Positions 60,173 through 64,000 of a DNA stretch of 64,000 nt are shown one piece after another (the stretch's first letter is position 1; every line of letters begins with the position of its first letter). The stretch covers positions 1,472,001-1,536,000 of the forward strand of contig OZ220744.1 of assembly GCA_965116925.1 (NCBI GenBank), given 5' to 3'. The notes under the pieces were generated by a model that had not been told where the DNA came from, made no database searches, and worked only from the letters and a program-made list of their open reading frames with translations. This DNA comes from Candidatus Poribacteria bacterium (GTDB lineage: Bacteria; Poribacteria; WGA-4E; PCPOR2b). A program made the position numbers and the translations under genes.

Positions 60173-60248
60173 CTTGTTTGCTCCTAAGTTTGTGCAGTTT
60201 TAACCGAGATAATAAAAGAGAGAGGGTGACATTTTGGAATGGCGTCCC

Positions 60249-61481
60249 TTAGAGCGTGGTCATCAATTTTCGGAATGCGTTCAGTTGGGGTTGAATTACA
60301 TGAGGTTCAGGCACTCGTCGCTCAAGTGCTTCAATGGTCTTCAGTCCGTTGCCCGTGATGCTGACGACAATGCGCTCATCTCGACTGATGTGTCCACTTT
60401 CGATTAGCTTTTTCGCCACTGCGAGCGTGACACCGCCAGCTGTTTCAGTGAAGATACCTTCCGTCGCCGCAAGGAGCTTGATTGCTTCGACGATTTCATC
60501 ATCACTCGCATGTTCGCCGTGTCCACCCGAATTCCGCACCGTATCCGCAGCATAAATTCCGTCAGCGGGATTACCGATCGCAAGGGATTTGGCGATGGTA
60601 TCCGGTTTAACAGGCTTGACAAAATCGCTGCCCTCTTTGACCGTTGTAGCAATGGGGCCGCAACCTTCAGCCTGTGCGACGTGGATGCTTGTTTGTGGCT
60701 TGTCGATCAGCCCTAGCATATGAAATTCTTTCAACGCCTTGCCCACCTTTGTGATGAGTGAACCGCCTGCTGCTGGAACCACAATGTGATCCGGTGCTTC
60801 CCAACCGAGTTGCTCGATAATCTCATAGGTGAAGGTTTTGGAGCCTTCTGCGTAAAATGGACGGATGTTGATGTTAGCAAACGCCCAAGGGTAGACACCG
60901 GCGATCTCGCTGCATAGTCGGTTGACATCGTCATAATTTCCTGCGATCCCGACCACCGTTGGAGCGTAAACGAGCGAAGCTACCACTTTCCCCATCTCCA
61001 GATCGGCGGGGATAAAGATGAAACAGTTGAGGTTTGCGATTGCTGCGTTTGCCGCGACAGAGTTGGCTAGATTGCCGGTCGAGGCGCACGATACGGTGTC
61101 GAATCCAAACTCCTTTGCTTTACTTAGCGCAACTGCAACGACACGATCTTTGAAGGAGAGGGTCGGGTGACATACCGAATCATCTTTGATATATAGTGCC
61201 TCCACACCGAGCACTGCCTCTAGATTTTTGGCACGGATTAACGGGGTAAATCCCGAATGGAAGCCATCGGTCGGCTCACCATCAATTGGCAGTAGGTCGG
61301 CATAACGCCAGAGGCTTTCGGGACCTCGCTCAATGGATTCCCGCGAGATCGACCTCTGGATTACCTCGTAGTTGTAGTCTACCTCAAGGGGACCAAAACA
61401 GAACTCACATACGTGGAGTGGTTCTTTGGGATACTGCCTTCCACATTCACGACATTTCAATCCTAGTACTTTTTCTTGCAT
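60249..61481 (-). CDS. thrC: Threonine synthase family PLP enzyme (possibly a sulfhydrylase; see findings)
   Basis: CREC..CEFCFGPL, PTLSFKDR, ASTGNLA, N.RPFYAEGSKT, SLAIGNP, ITGNGLKT. Confidence 0.8.
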   Translation of the reverse strand: MQEKVLGLKCRECGRQYPKEPLHVCEFCFGPLEVDYNYEVIQRSISRESIERGPESLWRYADLLPIDGEPTDGFHSGFTPLIRAKNLEAVLGVEALYIKDDSVCHPTLSFKDRVVAVALSKAKEFGFDTVSCASTGNLANSVAANAAIANLNCFIFIPADLEMGKVVASLVYAPTVVGIAGNYDDVNRLCSEIAGVYPWAFANINIRPFYAEGSKTFTYEIIEQLGWEAPDHIVVPAAGGSLITKVGKALKEFHMLGLIDKPQTSIHVAQAEGCGPIATTVKEGSDFVKPVKPDTIAKSLAIGNPADGIYAADTVRNSGGHGEHASDDEIVEAIKLLAATEGIFTETAGGVTLAVAKKLIESGHISRDERIVVSITGNGLKTIEALERRVPEPHVIQPQLNAFRKLMTTL

Positions 61482-61585
61482 GTTCGTCTCCGTTAGTTCA
61501 AAATATAAGGAAATTCTGCTAGCAAACAGTCAGTCAATTTTACGAGACAATATCGACTGACCGTTTCGTTAAAAATGTAGACAAT

Positions 61586-61619
61586 AAAAAAGCCTATCAT
61601 CACGGCTGTGACAATAGGC
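61586..61619 (-). terminator. Attenuator terminator in the thrC-like leader
   Basis: GCCTATTGTCAC-AGCC-GTGATGATAGGC followed by TTTTTT; 12-bp stem with two G-U pairs that form only on the minus strand. Confidence 0.88.
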
Positions 61620-61665
61620 AATTCTGTCAAGTATATATGTTGTTAAAAACAATCCCAATTCATAT

Positions 61666-61803
61666 CTAAATTTGCCTATTTTCACCTTGCCCCGCACGCA
61701 TGGACACCGCAACAGCAATGCCCATGCCCGGCATGTACATAGTCATATTCGCAAAGGAAGCAAAGTGAATAATTGTGGAAAAGTTGAAGTGAGATTGCCG
61801 CAT
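61666..61803 (-). CDS. Met-rich leader peptide, 45 aa (MRQSHFNFSTIIHFASFANMTMYMPGMGIAVAVSMRAGQGENRQI)
   Basis: Five internal ATG codons clustered just 5' of the antiterminator strand; start codon uncertain. Confidence 0.6.
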   Translation of the reverse strand: MRQSHFNFSTIIHFASFANMTMYMPGMGIAVAVSMRAGQGENRQI

Positions 61804-61917
61804 CTTTCTAATTCGCCTACCTATGTTATTTATTAAAAGACCACTTAATTTTAGCATACACCCCTATATAAAGGCAAGGGAAAATTAACAATCGCTGGAG
61901 CTTGATGATTAACGTCG

Positions 61918-63852
61918 TTACGAAAGATTCTCAACCATCACCGGCTCTATAGTGTCCGCAGGCACAAATCCAAAGACCTGTGCATAAAAATAGAGTTCCG
62001 CTTCAAGTGATCGCTGGATATTCTCGCTGCGGCGGAATCCGTGCTGCTCACCTTCAAATGGGACATAAGCGACAGGCAACCCTTTCGCACGCAACGCCTC
62101 GACCATCATCTCCGCCTGATTGGGGGGAACGACTTTATCTTCGAGACCCTGAAAGAGGATCAAGGGACATGAAAGGTGATCCGTAAAGTGGATTGGTGAG
62201 CGTTCTCGGTAGAGATTCTGTTCTTCAGGATAGGGTCCAATCAAACTATCCAGATAGCGGGATTCAAACTTATGTGTGTCCCTTGTCATCGCCTCAAGGT
62301 CGCTGATTCCGTAGTAGCTGGCACCCGCTTTGAAAACGTCCCGGAAGGTCAGTGCTGAGAGTGTTGTGTAGCCGCCTGCACTTCCGCCTCGAATTGCCAG
62401 TTGATCCGCGTCCACATAGCCGTGTTCGGCGAGGTATCGCGCCCCGTTCACACAATCGTCAACGTCAACAAGACCCCACTGACCGTTGAGCCGCTGGCGA
62501 TAGGCGCGTCCATAGCCGCTGCTGCCGCCGTAGTTCACATCAAGGACAGCAATGCCGCGGCTTGTCCAGTATTGGATCTCTAGGTCGAGTGCGGTTGAAG
62601 TTGCTGAGGTCGGTCCCCCGTGGCTGATGACGAGGAGTGGGGGTAGATCATCGGCAGGTGCGGTGTAGTCACGGTTTTGTGGCGGATAGAAGAAGGCGTG
62701 AGCACTCAATCCACCTTCGGTTGGAAACTCAATTGCTTGGGGCGGTGAGAAGTATCCGGCATCAATTTTTATCTCGCTTGAACGACATACGACCTCGAGT
62801 TGTCTCGTGGCGAGGTCAAGCCGGACAATTGAGGCGGACTCTGTCGATGAACTGGCGTTGAACAGGATTCCGCCGGGGAGCACTTGCAAATTAGAAATTG
62901 ATGTGTAGGGAGTCTCAATCGAATCAAGTCTGCGTGTTACCGTGTCCAAACTTGCTAGATGCCAGACACCATCCTGCGTGTAGGTACAGATAATCTGATT
63001 GACGGAAACGAATTTATAAGTGGACATCCCAAATATCCACTGCGGTCTTCCAAACTCCGCTTCCATTTCGCATAACGGTTCGACGGTTCCATCCTGATAG
63101 CGATAGAGATTCCACCAGTTCGTTCGATCGGAAACGAAGTATAGCGTCCCATCGGGTGACCATTCGGGTTGAAAGATTGATTCATCAACACCACCTGCTA
63201 CACATTCAGTGTGGTTCAGAGATCCGTCGGCACCTATCTCACCGACCCAAAGTTCAGCACCATCCCAAGGCATATTTGGGTGGTTCCAAGTCATCCATGC
63301 CAAACGGGTGCCATCAGGACTCAGGCGAGGTGAAGAATAAAAATCGTTGCCACTGACAAGAACCCGTTGGTCGTCCGTTCCATCCAACGGAATACCCACC
63401 AATGCGTTGGTGGCTTCGCGCTCGGTATCTGTATGGTCTTCGCGTACACAGAGCAGACGGTTCCGTTCGGTATCAATAACACCATCCGCATAACGTAGAT
63501 CCGCTTCGGAGGTAATCGGTTGTGGCTCTGATCCGGTAGACTGGCGGTATAACCGCTGATCCTCAAAGTTTGAAAAGTAGACCGTTCCATCATTGACGAG
63601 GAACGCCGCACCACCGTATTCATGGACTCGCGTCCGCGCGCTGAAAATGGGTGGAGTCACATCGGTCGTTTCTCCGTCCGGGGTCCGTCGAACGATGACA
63701 TAGCGACCGTTCTCGATCGAGCGCATCTCAATCCAATAGATATCTTCTCCATCGGCTACGGCTTCTATTATTCTGCGTCCTTCCGTCGAAATCAGATCTG
63801 CGCTGATTGGGGATTTCCAAGAACCGTAGGGTGCTACCTGTGGTTGCGTCAT
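61918..63852 (-). CDS. S9 family peptidase (prolyl oligopeptidase/acylaminoacyl peptidase-like)
   Basis: [28 protein letters not shown] catalytic triad. Confidence 0.93.
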   Translation of the reverse strand: MTQPQVAPYGSWKSPISADLISTEGRRIIEAVADGEDIYWIEMRSIENGRYVIVRRTPDGETTDVTPPIFSARTRVHEYGGAAFLVNDGTVYFSNFEDQRLYRQSTGSEPQPITSEADLRYADGVIDTERNRLLCVREDHTDTEREATNALVGIPLDGTDDQRVLVSGNDFYSSPRLSPDGTRLAWMTWNHPNMPWDGAELWVGEIGADGSLNHTECVAGGVDESIFQPEWSPDGTLYFVSDRTNWWNLYRYQDGTVEPLCEMEAEFGRPQWIFGMSTYKFVSVNQIICTYTQDGVWHLASLDTVTRRLDSIETPYTSISNLQVLPGGILFNASSSTESASIVRLDLATRQLEVVCRSSEIKIDAGYFSPPQAIEFPTEGGLSAHAFFYPPQNRDYTAPADDLPPLLVISHGGPTSATSTALDLEIQYWTSRGIAVLDVNYGGSSGYGRAYRQRLNGQWGLVDVDDCVNGARYLAEHGYVDADQLAIRGGSAGGYTTLSALTFRDVFKAGASYYGISDLEAMTRDTHKFESRYLDSLIGPYPEEQNLYRERSPIHFTDHLSCPLILFQGLEDKVVPPNQAEMMVEALRAKGLPVAYVPFEGEQHGFRRSENIQRSLEAELYFYAQVFGFVPADTIEPVMVENLS

Positions 63853-63892
63853 CGTTGTCTCCTTAGAGCCTTACAGATTTGGTTCAAGTATA

Positions 63893-64000
63893 GGGTCATT
63901 TAATTCTTCCGTAGCTCGATGTCTTGGTTAACGCAACGGCGGGGCAAGATGCCCCGCCTACGGGTTCGGGTCGTTCCAAAATCAGTCAAAAAGCCTAAAA
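63893..64000. mobile_element. MITE family A, inverted copy truncated by window end
   Basis: Reverse complement of about 2478-2585 with roughly five differences; preceded by TA. Confidence 0.8.

Noticed and set aside
61600..61880. SAM-I or T-box riboswitch upstream of thrC
   Set aside because: I could not find the SAM-I core motifs or the T-box TGGNACC bulge by eye; an Rfam scan should confirm
137..63903. Numerous short antisense or alternate-frame ORFs in the track
   Set aside because: Shadows of well-supported genes, lacking RBS and recognisable motifs

Overview
A gene-dense bacterial chromosomal window. It is mostly housekeeping and metabolic genes (obgE end, proB, argF-like, liv ABC transporter, rplU-rpmA, rng, rnhC, thiI, uvrA, lpoB, aspC, two threonine-synthase-family genes, M16 and S9 peptidases) interleaved with accessory DNA. 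Gene content and repeat types resemble Candidatus Poribacteria, but that is unverified inference. Elements the ORF track misses or does not explain: (1) a candidate methionine-sensing, ribosome-mediated transcription attenuator (Met-rich leader peptide, pause hairpin, antiterminator, terminator) upstream of a thrC-like gene; (2) an IS200/IS605 tnpB-only element that appears to split a host -10 box, plus a tnpB-less relative that keeps its own promoter and a covarying omegaRNA scaffold; (3) a selenoprotein peroxiredoxin-like gene (in-frame TGA, WUPNS); (4) six tandem mosaic Ig-like lipoprotein paralogs, one carrying a 35-codon in-frame MITE, with an IS982 in a spacer; (5) an intact P-type ATPase with nearly all catalytic motifs degenerate; (6) an ABC-type ATPase plus TOPRIM-like two-gene candidate defence module; (7) a PorX-like REC-PglZ regulator overlapping a histidine kinase; (8) TA-flanked MITEs carrying different GTAG-REP hairpins. 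All calls come from manual motif reading; no searches or folding programs were run.
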